From a virus (Duplodnaviria; Caudoviricetes): a stretch of DNA of 41,275 nt. Where the stretch lies: the IMG/VR virus record IMGVR_UViG_3300048819_000110, positions 1-41,275 of that record; one strand, 5' to 3'. Shown here piece by piece: positions 27,622 to 36,349 of the stretch; the first letter of the stretch is position 1; the number at the start of each line of letters is the position of its first letter. The notes beneath the pieces were generated by a model, which was not told the DNA's origin, did no database searches, and saw only the letters and a list, made by a program, of their open reading frames with translations. The position numbers and the translations under genes are program-made.

Positions 27622-28644
27622 TCAGCTGATGGCCACAAGCTGTATGCCGGTCGTGTGTTGGGTGTGGAGATACTCGAAATTCTCCACCGTGAGGACGATT
27701 TTCTTGACGCCAAGTTCGTTGACGTAAACCGCATATTCGCCGCCGCCGCCGGCGCCGTTCGTGACGTGCCGGACAAGGTTGGAAGCGTCCATCGGGGTTA
27801 CGTCCTTGATGCCGGTGAAAATCAGGACGTTCTGGCCAATCAATTCCTGCTTGGCCGTCGCCGTGTTCTGGTAGCGTTCCATGTTGATCAGCGTGGAGGA
27901 AACGCCCAAGGCGGTCGCGAGCTGCTCCTCGTTGTACACAGAGGCCCGGGCCAGAGATCCGGCTGTAAGCTGGCTCTCGTAACTGGTCGCCCGCTTGAGG
28001 AACGCCGCGTCACCATACGCCACGTTTTGCGCATAGAAGCCGGTGGTGTTCGCCGTGTTCAGGATGATGTTGCGGATGTCCAAATCAGGATTTGCCGCGC
28101 TGTCCCAGGTCTTTCCGGAGTTGATTGCCGCCGCCGTGTAAATCGCAATGGCTTCCTGAACCGTGGCCCGGTTCAAGAGGTCGATCAACCACTTGGTGTG
28201 GATCTGCTGCCATTCGGGCTTATCCTTGAGCTCGTCCCGGTCAAGCACCACGGACAAGCCGCGATTGTTGATCTGGAAATCGCTCTTGGACGCAACGCGC
28301 TGACGAACCTCGGCGAAGTCGGCGAGGATTCCGCGCTTCACCTTGTTGTAATCAACGGTTTCCCATGGCTCGTTTTCGTTGTACGTCATCAGCCGGACGA
28401 TGCGCGAGTTGCTGGGGCGGGGCGGGGCGAGATAATCGCGCAGCCGGGACAGCCCGTTGCCCACCATGGAATCGTAGCTGGCGGCAAAGAGTGTCAGCTC
28501 CTCGATTTGCTCGACGGAGCGGAGGAGGGAATCGTTGGACAGGCAGACGGTCCCGGAGGCCATGCTGCCAATGTCGTTTGAGAGCACCACGCCCGCGCTT
28601 TGTAAGGCAGCCTGGCGGGCGTTGGAAAGGGCAATTTGTTTCAT
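27622..28644 (-). CDS. Major capsid protein
   Basis: 340 aa after protease/scaffold/decoration genes; W..ANPDLDI motif; strong codon bias. Confidence 0.8.
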   Translation of the reverse strand: MKQIALSNARQAALQSAGVVLSNDIGSMASGTVCLSNDSLLRSVEQIEELTLFAASYDSMVGNGLSRLRDYLAPPRPSNSRIVRLMTYNENEPWETVDYNKVKRGILADFAEVRQRVASKSDFQINNRGLSVVLDRDELKDKPEWQQIHTKWLIDLLNRATVQEAIAIYTAAAINSGKTWDSAANPDLDIRNIILNTANTTGFYAQNVAYGDAAFLKRATSYESQLTAGSLARASVYNEEQLATALGVSSTLINMERYQNTATAKQELIGQNVLIFTGIKDVTPMDASNLVRHVTNGAGGGGEYAVYVNELGVKKIVLTVENFEYLHTQHTTGIQLVAIS

Positions 28645-28655
28645 AATCGTATGTA

Positions 28656-29225
28656 TTAGACCGGGTTGGTGGGATAGGTCAGGGTGCCGTTAGTGTTCAC
28701 CAACTGGTAAGGGTCAACCGGCACATAAGGCACCTCCATCGTCGAATTCGTCGCGACGATGGTTGCGGCTGCGCGACCGACGACCCAGTAAGTGCCGTTG
28801 GCGACACCGGCTTGACTGATGTCCTGCACGCATCCGAGCGGGGCGGAGACCAACAGCTTGTCGATGGTGACAGCGGTGCCGCCGGCAGCGATGCCCAATT
28901 CAAGTCCGGGCCGAGCACCGAGCCGGCGAACTGCCATCACGTCGCCGATAGCGTACGGCGCGTCAGGGCTGGGTCCGAGAGGGAACGGGCCGCCCGCACC
29001 ACCGTTGCAGATATCGCCGTATTGGTAGCCAGAGGCACCGCGCTTGATCAGCAAATAACGATTCGAGAAAGGCAGTGAGGTTGAGGCCGGGTCAACAAAA
29101 AGCGACTCAATGCCGTGCTCGTTGAACATGCCCAATGCATTGGCAAGGGCGATCTTTTTAGGGCGGTCGAATAAAGCGCGAAGCGTGCAAAGCATGAGCG
29201 CCAGTTTAATTTTCGGTTGTTTCAT
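28656..29225 (-). CDS. Head decoration / capsid cement-like protein
   Basis: Gly/Ala-rich; position before the MCP; YWVVGRA motif. Confidence 0.65.
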   Translation of the reverse strand: MKQPKIKLALMLCTLRALFDRPKKIALANALGMFNEHGIESLFVDPASTSLPFSNRYLLIKRGASGYQYGDICNGGAGGPFPLGPSPDAPYAIGDVMAVRRLGARPGLELGIAAGGTAVTIDKLLVSAPLGCVQDISQAGVANGTYWVVGRAAATIVATNSTMEVPYVPVDPYQLVNTNGTLTYPTNPV

Positions 29226-29258
29226 TGGTTTGGTTGATGGTTGGTTTTGTTGTGGCGC

Positions 29259-29501
29259 TTACTTTTTTACGGCGGCGGCGGCAGCCGCTTTGACGGCGAG
29301 ATCGTGCTCGCGCTGACGCTTGATGACGCCAAAAGCCTGTTCGCGAGTGAGGCCCAGAATCATTTTAGAGCGGATCTCAATTTCGTCCGCGCTGGCTTGC
29401 TTCTGTTGGGCCTGATATTCCGCAATCAGCTGGTTGGCGGCGGTCAGTTCGACGGTAAGCCGGTCTATGGTCTGCTTTGGGGTTTCGGTTGCTTCGGCCA
29501 T
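29259..29501 (-). CDS. Small helical head-associated protein
   Basis: Fits the operon; GLTREQA motif. Confidence 0.7.
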   Translation of the reverse strand: MAEATETPKQTIDRLTVELTAANQLIAEYQAQQKQASADEIEIRSKMILGLTREQAFGVIKRQREHDLAVKAAAAAAVKK

Positions 29502-29504
29502 AAA

Positions 29505-30083
29505 TTATTGAGCTTTGGGGGTGATCTTGGTTGCGAGTCCGGCATATTTCGGCAACTTCATGACGTTGGCGTGCGCTTTGATAACGTTCTGGCCGGTGAC
29601 GATGAGTTCGGCTTGCAGGGCCGCATTGTATTCCGCTGCCGTCTGCTCGGCTTCGTTTTCGAGTGCGGAATTTTGTTTGCCGCCGATGGCGTCCATCTTG
29701 CGGATCGGCTTCGCGGCGAGCAACGCGGCGGAATCCTTCGCAAAGTCGGCGCTGTTTTCCAAAGCGGTAACGGTGGCGGCGCGGTCGGCCACATTTTTTG
29801 AGCCGCGCTGAATGGCGAGGTCGGCGGCCAATTCGGCGGCCTGTTTGCGAGCGGACTTGTGCGCGGCCTGCTCATTGGCGAGAGCGGTTTTCGATGCGCT
29901 CAATTCGTTTGCGAGCGCCACGGACTTGGTCTCAAAGCTGTCCTTTTCATTGGCGAGAGCGTTCGATTGCTCATCGTTTTTCGCCGCCACTTTTTGCACG
30001 GCGGCGACAACCGCTTGATCGGATGAGTCGTTGGCCAGGACGATCCCTTTCGCGGCCAACCAACCCAGAAGAATTTGTTTCAT
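29505..30083 (-). CDS. Scaffolding-like protein
   Basis: Ala/Lys coiled coil after the protease; multiple ALANE motifs. Confidence 0.7.
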   Translation of the reverse strand: MKQILLGWLAAKGIVLANDSSDQAVVAAVQKVAAKNDEQSNALANEKDSFETKSVALANELSASKTALANEQAAHKSARKQAAELAADLAIQRGSKNVADRAATVTALENSADFAKDSAALLAAKPIRKMDAIGGKQNSALENEAEQTAAEYNAALQAELIVTGQNVIKAHANVMKLPKYAGLATKITPKAQ

Positions 30084-30120
30084 AAGTGTTTTTCTAATGT
30101 TTTGGTGATTTTGTCAATGT

Positions 30121-30471
30121 TTAGTTTTTGAATCGCGCAGCCCGGCCCATGTGATAATTGGCGGCCGCTTTGTGGAACTCGGCGGCGTCGGTGTCGCCCG
30201 CCTTGTCGTGCGCCGCAGCCGCTTTCATGTGCGCCTGGGCGGCTGCATGATGACTCGCCTTGTCATTCGCGGCGGCGGATTTAAGATGCGCCTGCCGGCT
30301 CGCCTCATGCTCCTTGCCGTGCGCTTCGCCTCCGGCATATTGGTTTCCGTGAAATTCGTGACCGACGTAATCGCCATTTTGCAGCGCGGCCATGATTTCT
30401 TTTTCACCTGCGTCGTTGGCAAGGGTAACTCCCTTGCCGATCAGAAGCCCGATTATTTGTTCTTTTAACAT
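30121..30471 (-). CDS. Probable in-frame internal product of the protease gene (Mu gpZ-like start)
   Basis: ATG at 30471 preceded by aaaccaaccaaacact, like other gene starts here; N-terminus resembles that of 29505..30083. Confidence 0.5.
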   Translation of the reverse strand: MLKEQIIGLLIGKGVTLANDAGEKEIMAALQNGDYVGHEFHGNQYAGGEAHGKEHEASRQAHLKSAAANDKASHHAAAQAHMKAAAAHDKAGDTDAAEFHKAAANYHMGRAARFKN

Positions 30472-31314
30472 AGTGTTTGGTTGGTTTATTGGTGGAACGG
30501 TAATTGGAGTGGGCGAATTTTGATTCGCGAGACTTTCTACTCCTGAAATATTCGGGAACTGCGTGAGCGCAACAGACAGCAGCTTGAACGGTCGCGCGCG
30601 GATCGCGTCCCCGTCGTTGCCAATGGGCTGAACCAGCCAGAACGCGGACGGCAATTTCCAGCCGGAAGCAACTGCGTCCGCGCCGTCATTATCGAGCGAG
30701 AAATGAGCCTCGATGCCGCGAGCTGTCTTGCGAATCTGATCCACCACGCCCAGCTTTATTTTCTTCGTCTCATTGCCCAACGCCTTGGGGTCGTGATCGT
30801 TCAAATCACCGTGGCCTTTGAAAATCGGGATGCCAACAAACGCACGCTTGAGCTTTCGGAAAAATGAATTCTCGCCGTCCAACAGGGCGTCGGCGGATTG
30901 GTTGTCGAGCACCTGAATGAACTTCTGAGTTTTCAGCTGACCATTCTCGCGATACAAGCGCGTCTTGGGATGGTCGCCGAATGGAGCAATTAAAGCCCAT
31001 CCCTCATTATCCAGTGGCCCGGGCGCATCATTGGCCAGCACCGGCTCGTCGTCGCAACAGGCTGCCATGGCGTCGTGTCCGCACGCAATGCCTTCGTGCA
31101 TCGCAGCGTTGCCTGGCTTTCCGTCATCCGTCGCGCGTTTCGCCGCCACGCGATGAAGCTTGGCTGCCCGCGTATGCAAAACACTGTCCGACTTGGCATG
31201 CGCTTCACCGCTGGCACTGTGCGCCGAACTGGCCGCGTCGGAAAGTTCCGCGCTAAAATTGCCGGCTTCCCCGCGCGTCTGATCGGGGTCAAATGCGTTG
31301 GCTAATGGGATCAT
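30121..31314 (-). CDS. Mu gpI-like prohead protease with His-rich N- and C-terminal extensions
   Basis: W.LIAPFG, PIFKGH.D, PSAFW, RPFKLLSVALTQFPNI. Confidence 0.8.
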   Translation of the reverse strand: MIPLANAFDPDQTRGEAGNFSAELSDAASSAHSASGEAHAKSDSVLHTRAAKLHRVAAKRATDDGKPGNAAMHEGIACGHDAMAACCDDEPVLANDAPGPLDNEGWALIAPFGDHPKTRLYRENGQLKTQKFIQVLDNQSADALLDGENSFFRKLKRAFVGIPIFKGHGDLNDHDPKALGNETKKIKLGVVDQIRKTARGIEAHFSLDNDGADAVASGWKLPSAFWLVQPIGNDGDAIRARPFKLLSVALTQFPNISGVESLANQNSPTPITVPPINQPNTMLKEQIIGLLIGKGVTLANDAGEKEIMAALQNGDYVGHEFHGNQYAGGEAHGKEHEASRQAHLKSAAANDKASHHAAAQAHMKAAAAHDKAGDTDAAEFHKAAANYHMGRAARFKN

Positions 31315-33308
31315 GTTTTTTTGGCGAGTGCTTTCGCCAGCTTTTGGGTTGTGAAATCGTTCAAAACTTTTGCCGCCTTCGGATATGCGTTTATGTCGCC
31401 CAGCAGTTCAATCAGTGGACCGCGTTCGGCGACAAACTCTTTGAGTTTTTTCACCATGAGCGAATCATCCTTGATTTTTTCGATGGATTGCAAGGCATTT
31501 CTCACCGGGTCAAGATCGTCGGAGCGCGCAGCAGCCAATTGATTGGCCGGTTTCATTACTTCATTTTCCAGAGCGATCTTGCGGATTTTTGAGGTCACCA
31601 CACGCCGCAATGTTTGCGCGGCGCGCGTGTTGCCGAGGCCCAGCGAGTCCAACTCGACCAGCTTGGAATTCGGGATCGAGTAGCCCAACGCGGGCGATTG
31701 CAACCCGGCCTGACTCCATAGCCCGGCGTCATCAACCTCGGGCGTGCCCATGCGCTTTGGAATTGGCATTTGACGCGAGGCCGCCTGCGAATAATAGGGA
31801 GCGCCCGGCTTGGCAAGGTCGGGATTGCGTTTCGGATCAGCTCCAGCTCCAATGGTGGCGTCTTGCGATTGCATTGCCGGCTGCGTTTCTTCTTTCGGCA
31901 ACTCCCCATTAATGAGCGGGTCCGTCTCCTCACCGGTGGCATCGCTGGCGACAGGCGGCTTCGGTGGTGCCGCAGGTTTCGGCTTGGCCGCAGGTTTGGG
32001 TTGCCCGGGCTTGGCTGGCGCGTCCTCGTCATCCTCTTGCGGAGGTCCTCCGGCACCCATTGGCGGGGCGGGCGGTTGCAAGCACGGCTCGCCGGCCTGG
32101 GGCACCGACCAGCGGAAACGCTTGTAAACTTCCTTCATCATCACCTTGAATCCCATTGGGACCAGCCCCTGCAGCGCCAGCAAATCATCGGGCGACGTGT
32201 CGGCAAGCGGCGGCATCAGGACGAACCACGCGCGCGGCTCCTGGTTGAACAGGTAACGGATAACTGGCCGGTCAATACGTTCGTTAAAAACTCCAGTGCA
32301 CCATTTGGCGTCGCGGATCAGCAGAATGCCCGACTCCTCCTTTTGCACGCTCGCGCCAACGGCACCCTTGCCGCCGCCGCCAGATTGGCCGCCTTGACCG
32401 GCCTGAGAAGAGCGCGAACCGGTGGCGAGATCCACGCCGCGGTAGCACTTGGCGTAAAGCCCATTGATGAACTCAATCATCGGATGGAACGGGGTCTGGT
32501 TGCGTGATGCCTGTTCGAGGAATTTCAGCTCCACCCCTTTGTTGTGCAGCGATGCACCGTCATTGGCCAAAGTTTGCAAGGCGGTCATTGCCTGCGTCCA
32601 TTCAGGCGATCCCTCTTGCGCATCCGTTATCGCCTCCAAAAACCCGCTTCCGTAGCGCGTGTTGAACAGCATCCAGTCGCGCAACGAAAACATTTTCATC
32701 GCGTACGCAATTCCAAGCGAACGCATCCAGCCGATGTTAACCGCAGTCAACCATTCGCCTTGGACACACGGTATTCCGTACATGTCAAAGATGTGGGGCA
32801 TGTAGCCGAGATAACCGCGCCGGCATTCAAAAAACCAGAGCGGCGTGTGCCGGAATTCGGCGGTGACTTCGCGGGCGGCGGCGTTGTCCACGCGCAGCAG
32901 CATTTCATGGATGCTGAATTTGTAATCAACGGCCGAGAAAACCTGATAGATCAATTCATCTGTGCCGCCGGTTGTGTCCTGTTCTAGCGCCTCGGTCGCC
33001 TGAACATTCTCGTAAAAATATTGGAGCGCCGCCGCGTGTTCGTCGCCGTCCGATGAGCCGTCCGAAACGATTTGCCATTCCATGCCCGTGGCATCTGACT
33101 TTCGTTTGTCGGAATTGACGGCCAGTTCGCCATCACGTTCCATCATGACTTCCCAGGTCTTGCCGATCTGACGGAAATCACCAATCCGAAAGGCGTTCAT
33201 CTGCCTCGACAATTCGTCTATGTCGAGCGACGGCATGGGGGAATATTTGAGGCGAATGGCCCATTCGATGCGAGCCTGGTTGAACTGCGATGCGCCGGTT
33301 TGATTCAT
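31311..33308 (-). CDS. Portal protein (Mu gp29/DUF935-like) with Pro-rich C-terminal extension
   Basis: Follows terL; MERD..L....KRK, DW..F..RYG, P.IRYLF motifs. Confidence 0.85.
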   Translation of the reverse strand: MNQTGASQFNQARIEWAIRLKYSPMPSLDIDELSRQMNAFRIGDFRQIGKTWEVMMERDGELAVNSDKRKSDATGMEWQIVSDGSSDGDEHAAALQYFYENVQATEALEQDTTGGTDELIYQVFSAVDYKFSIHEMLLRVDNAAAREVTAEFRHTPLWFFECRRGYLGYMPHIFDMYGIPCVQGEWLTAVNIGWMRSLGIAYAMKMFSLRDWMLFNTRYGSGFLEAITDAQEGSPEWTQAMTALQTLANDGASLHNKGVELKFLEQASRNQTPFHPMIEFINGLYAKCYRGVDLATGSRSSQAGQGGQSGGGGKGAVGASVQKEESGILLIRDAKWCTGVFNERIDRPVIRYLFNQEPRAWFVLMPPLADTSPDDLLALQGLVPMGFKVMMKEVYKRFRWSVPQAGEPCLQPPAPPMGAGGPPQEDDEDAPAKPGQPKPAAKPKPAAPPKPPVASDATGEETDPLINGELPKEETQPAMQSQDATIGAGADPKRNPDLAKPGAPYYSQAASRQMPIPKRMGTPEVDDAGLWSQAGLQSPALGYSIPNSKLVELDSLGLGNTRAAQTLRRVVTSKIRKIALENEVMKPANQLAAARSDDLDPVRNALQSIEKIKDDSLMVKKLKEFVAERGPLIELLGDINAYPKAAKVLNDFTTQKLAKALAKKT

Positions 33309-34798
33309 GTCAGTGAGCCCACTTTAAGCCTACCCATGCCAAGATTTCCAGCATTATGTTGGATCGTCAGCCCGGTTACGCGACTGGACGACACCGGCAA
33401 GCTGCCGTGTTCTGCCGCGCGAACCGCCAGCGCCAAAGCCCAAAAATGATCAGCATGACCGCTCTCAGTGCGCGTGGCCGCAATGCTGGTTCGGCCACCG
33501 GGTGTCGTGATTCGCTCTGGCTTGCGCAAATCCTCGATCGCGTCAGAGTCGAGCAAGACCTCGATCGTCAAAGAGCGGTCCTCGAAAACTTTCAGCAACG
33601 CCGTGGCCATGTTTTCGGTCACCCTCGCCGTTTCCTGCTTGCGCCCTTCGGCGCGGATGAAGTCGTTTATAGGCTCAGTGCAGGCAAAGTTCACGCCGGC
33701 AATCCTCGCCCGCCCCCAAGATTGCGCCTGCGAAAACTCGACCAATCCCAACCCGAGACCAGTCATGTCGATGCAACCGCCGCGAAACTTTGGCATTCGG
33801 CAAATGAGTTCGAGCTGATTCTGTTGGTCGGGCAAACGCATCCCGGCCATGCGCAACACGCCCAACACGCGGCGGGATTGTCCCTGCCTCTCAAGGACGA
33901 TGATCACGGACAAATCGCGGTTACGACCAACGTCCTGGCCAAGGAACAAGTCGCCCTCCGCGCGGAACAATCGCGCTATGGTCACCGCCGACCAAGATTG
34001 ATCGTTCATCGGGATTCCATCACGCAACGCCTGCTGGATAAGTTCGTTAGTGAGCAAGCACATGTTTTCATCGTTGAACTTGCACTCGTAGTTCTGGTCG
34101 TAGGCGCGTTTGTCCAGGGCCCGGGAGCGGGCGACGTCGGGGGTGATCTCTTCGCGAGTGTTGGGGTCGTACACAGGGACCCCCATCTCGTATGCGCACT
34201 GCCGAGTCACGCGGCTTAGTCTGAATCCTGCCGGCGTTGTGAACACCTCGCCATTCTGCGGGCCGGCACCCGAGGTCATGCGGTGGAACATGTTGTATTT
34301 TCCGTTGCCGGTCGATGCGATGCGGCAAAGATAATCGCGATTGCTCGACAGGATTGGTTCGGCTGCTTCCCAGATGGCGCTGCTGTTTTCGTGGAAGGCG
34401 AATTCATCGAGGATTAGATCGCCGGAGAAGCCGCGGGCGGTGCGGGGATTGGCCGCCAGCACCTTGATGCGTCCGATTTTTCCACCGACTTTTATACGCA
34501 CCTCGAACCGCATGTTTTCGTAGGTGGCATCCGGTGAATCGTCCATCGTCTCGAACACGGCGCCAAGCTCTGTGCAGATGGCTCCGGCCCGCGCGGCAAA
34601 CTCACCACCATTGTCGCGTGAGTTACTCAGCACGGTGACAAGCCGGCCCGGGCGAGTCAATAGCCGGTCCACTGCCCAGGCTGCCAGCACAAAGCTCTTC
34701 CCGATCTGTCGCGACCAGTGAATAATGAGGATGCCGGTTGCGTTGTCGCGGAAGATCGCCAATTGATACGGACGGAACGTTAGTTGCCCCTTCAGCAC
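33305..34798 (-). CDS. terL: Terminase large subunit (Mu gp28-like)
   Basis: WSRQIGKSF, ANPRTARGFSGDLILDEFAFH, STGNG, GQDVGR.RD, HADHFWALALA. Confidence 0.95.
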   Translation of the reverse strand: MLKGQLTFRPYQLAIFRDNATGILIIHWSRQIGKSFVLAAWAVDRLLTRPGRLVTVLSNSRDNGGEFAARAGAICTELGAVFETMDDSPDATYENMRFEVRIKVGGKIGRIKVLAANPRTARGFSGDLILDEFAFHENSSAIWEAAEPILSSNRDYLCRIASTGNGKYNMFHRMTSGAGPQNGEVFTTPAGFRLSRVTRQCAYEMGVPVYDPNTREEITPDVARSRALDKRAYDQNYECKFNDENMCLLTNELIQQALRDGIPMNDQSWSAVTIARLFRAEGDLFLGQDVGRNRDLSVIIVLERQGQSRRVLGVLRMAGMRLPDQQNQLELICRMPKFRGGCIDMTGLGLGLVEFSQAQSWGRARIAGVNFACTEPINDFIRAEGRKQETARVTENMATALLKVFEDRSLTIEVLLDSDAIEDLRKPERITTPGGRTSIAATRTESGHADHFWALALAVRAAEHGSLPVSSSRVTGLTIQHNAGNLGMGRLKVGSLT

Positions 34799-35361
34799 AC
34801 CGCCTCCTCGCCAAACAGTTTGATTCGCGCCTGCTTGATCTTTTGTTCTTCCGTCAGGGTTGAATCGGCTTTGATGGACCGCAACGATTCGATTTGAGAA
34901 AGTGCCAGTTCGGCGGCGCGAAACTCGAACTTATCGCGATCCAGTTTTAGATTTTGCGCTGCCAGATCCTGCTTTATTATTGCGACCCCCAAATCAAAAT
35001 CACCAGTCTGCTCCGCTCGCCGGTATCCCTTGGACAATACCGCCTCGCGAGCCTGGTCGAGGCTCCATGTTGGATTATCTTCAATCGCACGCTTGAGCTC
35101 TTCGCGTTGCAGTTCGGCTTCCTCTCGATACCTCAATTCATGTTGCCACCACGACCGGAATTTTGAAATGGTGCTGTCATGCTTAATGTCGATATCAAGC
35201 CGCTTCAGAATTTCCGCTCGCACATCGAATAGAGTTTTTTCAGGGCTCAAAAATAAGTCCATCCAGAAAGCGCGCTCCTCGTCGGTCATGTCCAGCCAAG
35301 CTTTTTTCAGATCGCCGATGGGCCCGGGAATTGCCTTTCTCGAAAGCTGAGTGGAAATCAT
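34792..35361 (-). CDS. Putative terminase small subunit (Mu gp27-like)
   Basis: Immediately upstream of terL; helical; C-term I...R.KLFG. Confidence 0.7.
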   Translation of the reverse strand: MISTQLSRKAIPGPIGDLKKAWLDMTDEERAFWMDLFLSPEKTLFDVRAEILKRLDIDIKHDSTISKFRSWWQHELRYREEAELQREELKRAIEDNPTWSLDQAREAVLSKGYRRAEQTGDFDLGVAIIKQDLAAQNLKLDRDKFEFRAAELALSQIESLRSIKADSTLTEEQKIKQARIKLFGEEAVC

Positions 35362-36155
35362 AAAATCGGGACCGGATTGGTGATGCCATCCAAAGCGTCG
35401 ATGTAATTTCCAACGTGATGATCAACGATTGGATCAAGCGCGGCGGTAAAATGCGACGTGGTCCATTTGCGCCAGATGCCCCAGGCATCAGATGCGAGCA
35501 TGCGAATCAGCGGAGGATTGAACCAGAGATCATCAATTGATTTGGTCGGTTTCAGGCTGGAGATAAAAACTTCGTTTCCGCCGTGCCAGTAGACATCCCG
35601 AAATGATGGAATATGCGGAAACCTCGGAACAATGTCCTCCTCAAATACCATGCGCCAGGTTCGATCTTTAAGCGCGGAGTCGTACCAATCCGCGAATGCT
35701 TTGTTGCCGACGCGGGGTTGTCCGAACGTGTAAACTTGCGCGATGGTGAATCCTTTGCGGTGCAACTCCATTGCGGCGAGCACGGCCAGGGCACCGCCAA
35801 GCGAATGGCCCGTGACAAATATCGGCCTTGCGTGAATCGCGTTCGAGCATCCGCCCAGGGCTTCGCAGATGGCGATCAGCACAGAGTTTAGAGCCGCTTC
35901 AAAGCCGCGATGAACGCGCGCGTTTAGTCCGCCGGCTGACATGAGCAAGCGCCGCTCAAAGTCGGCATCGGTCAGCCAGTTGCGGATTGAGTGCGTGCCG
36001 CGAAACGCGATCACGGTTGAGTCCGGCAACTGCTGGATTGTCAAATGCGTGTCGGTCGCAATCTCGCTAATGTCGGATGTTGCGTATGCGCCGGCGCTCG
36101 CTTTGCAGCAGTACCGGGCGTTTTCGAGATCAAACAATTTGGCTTGAATGTTCAT
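35358..36155 (-). CDS. Class 3 lipase (alpha/beta hydrolase)
   Basis: IAFRGT, VHRGF, VTGHSLGGALA, YTFGQPRVGN, DIVPRFP, DH...Y; start MNIQAK is ATGA-coupled. Confidence 0.93.
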   Translation of the reverse strand: MNIQAKLFDLENARYCCKASAGAYATSDISEIATDTHLTIQQLPDSTVIAFRGTHSIRNWLTDADFERRLLMSAGGLNARVHRGFEAALNSVLIAICEALGGCSNAIHARPIFVTGHSLGGALAVLAAMELHRKGFTIAQVYTFGQPRVGNKAFADWYDSALKDRTWRMVFEEDIVPRFPHIPSFRDVYWHGGNEVFISSLKPTKSIDDLWFNPPLIRMLASDAWGIWRKWTTSHFTAALDPIVDHHVGNYIDALDGITNPVPIL

Positions 36156-36346
36156 GTGGTTCGAGTCGTGAATTTTGGCCAATCGAAAATCAGCACAGAG
36201 GTCTTGCGGCGGGCGTTCGTTTTGTACGGGCCGCCAACGCAGCCCGCTTCCTCCAATCGTTTGCACCGATCGCAAACTGGCGATCCCTTTTTCACCTCCA
36301 ACGCCAGCCGACCGCAATCACAGTGCATGATCTTGGCGGTCTTCAT
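36152..36346 (-). CDS. Small Zn-finger protein
   Basis: CDCG...CDRC; coupled to the lipase. Confidence 0.65.
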   Translation of the reverse strand: MKTAKIMHCDCGRLALEVKKGSPVCDRCKRLEEAGCVGGPYKTNARRKTSVLIFDWPKFTTRTT

Positions 36347-36349
36347 CGC

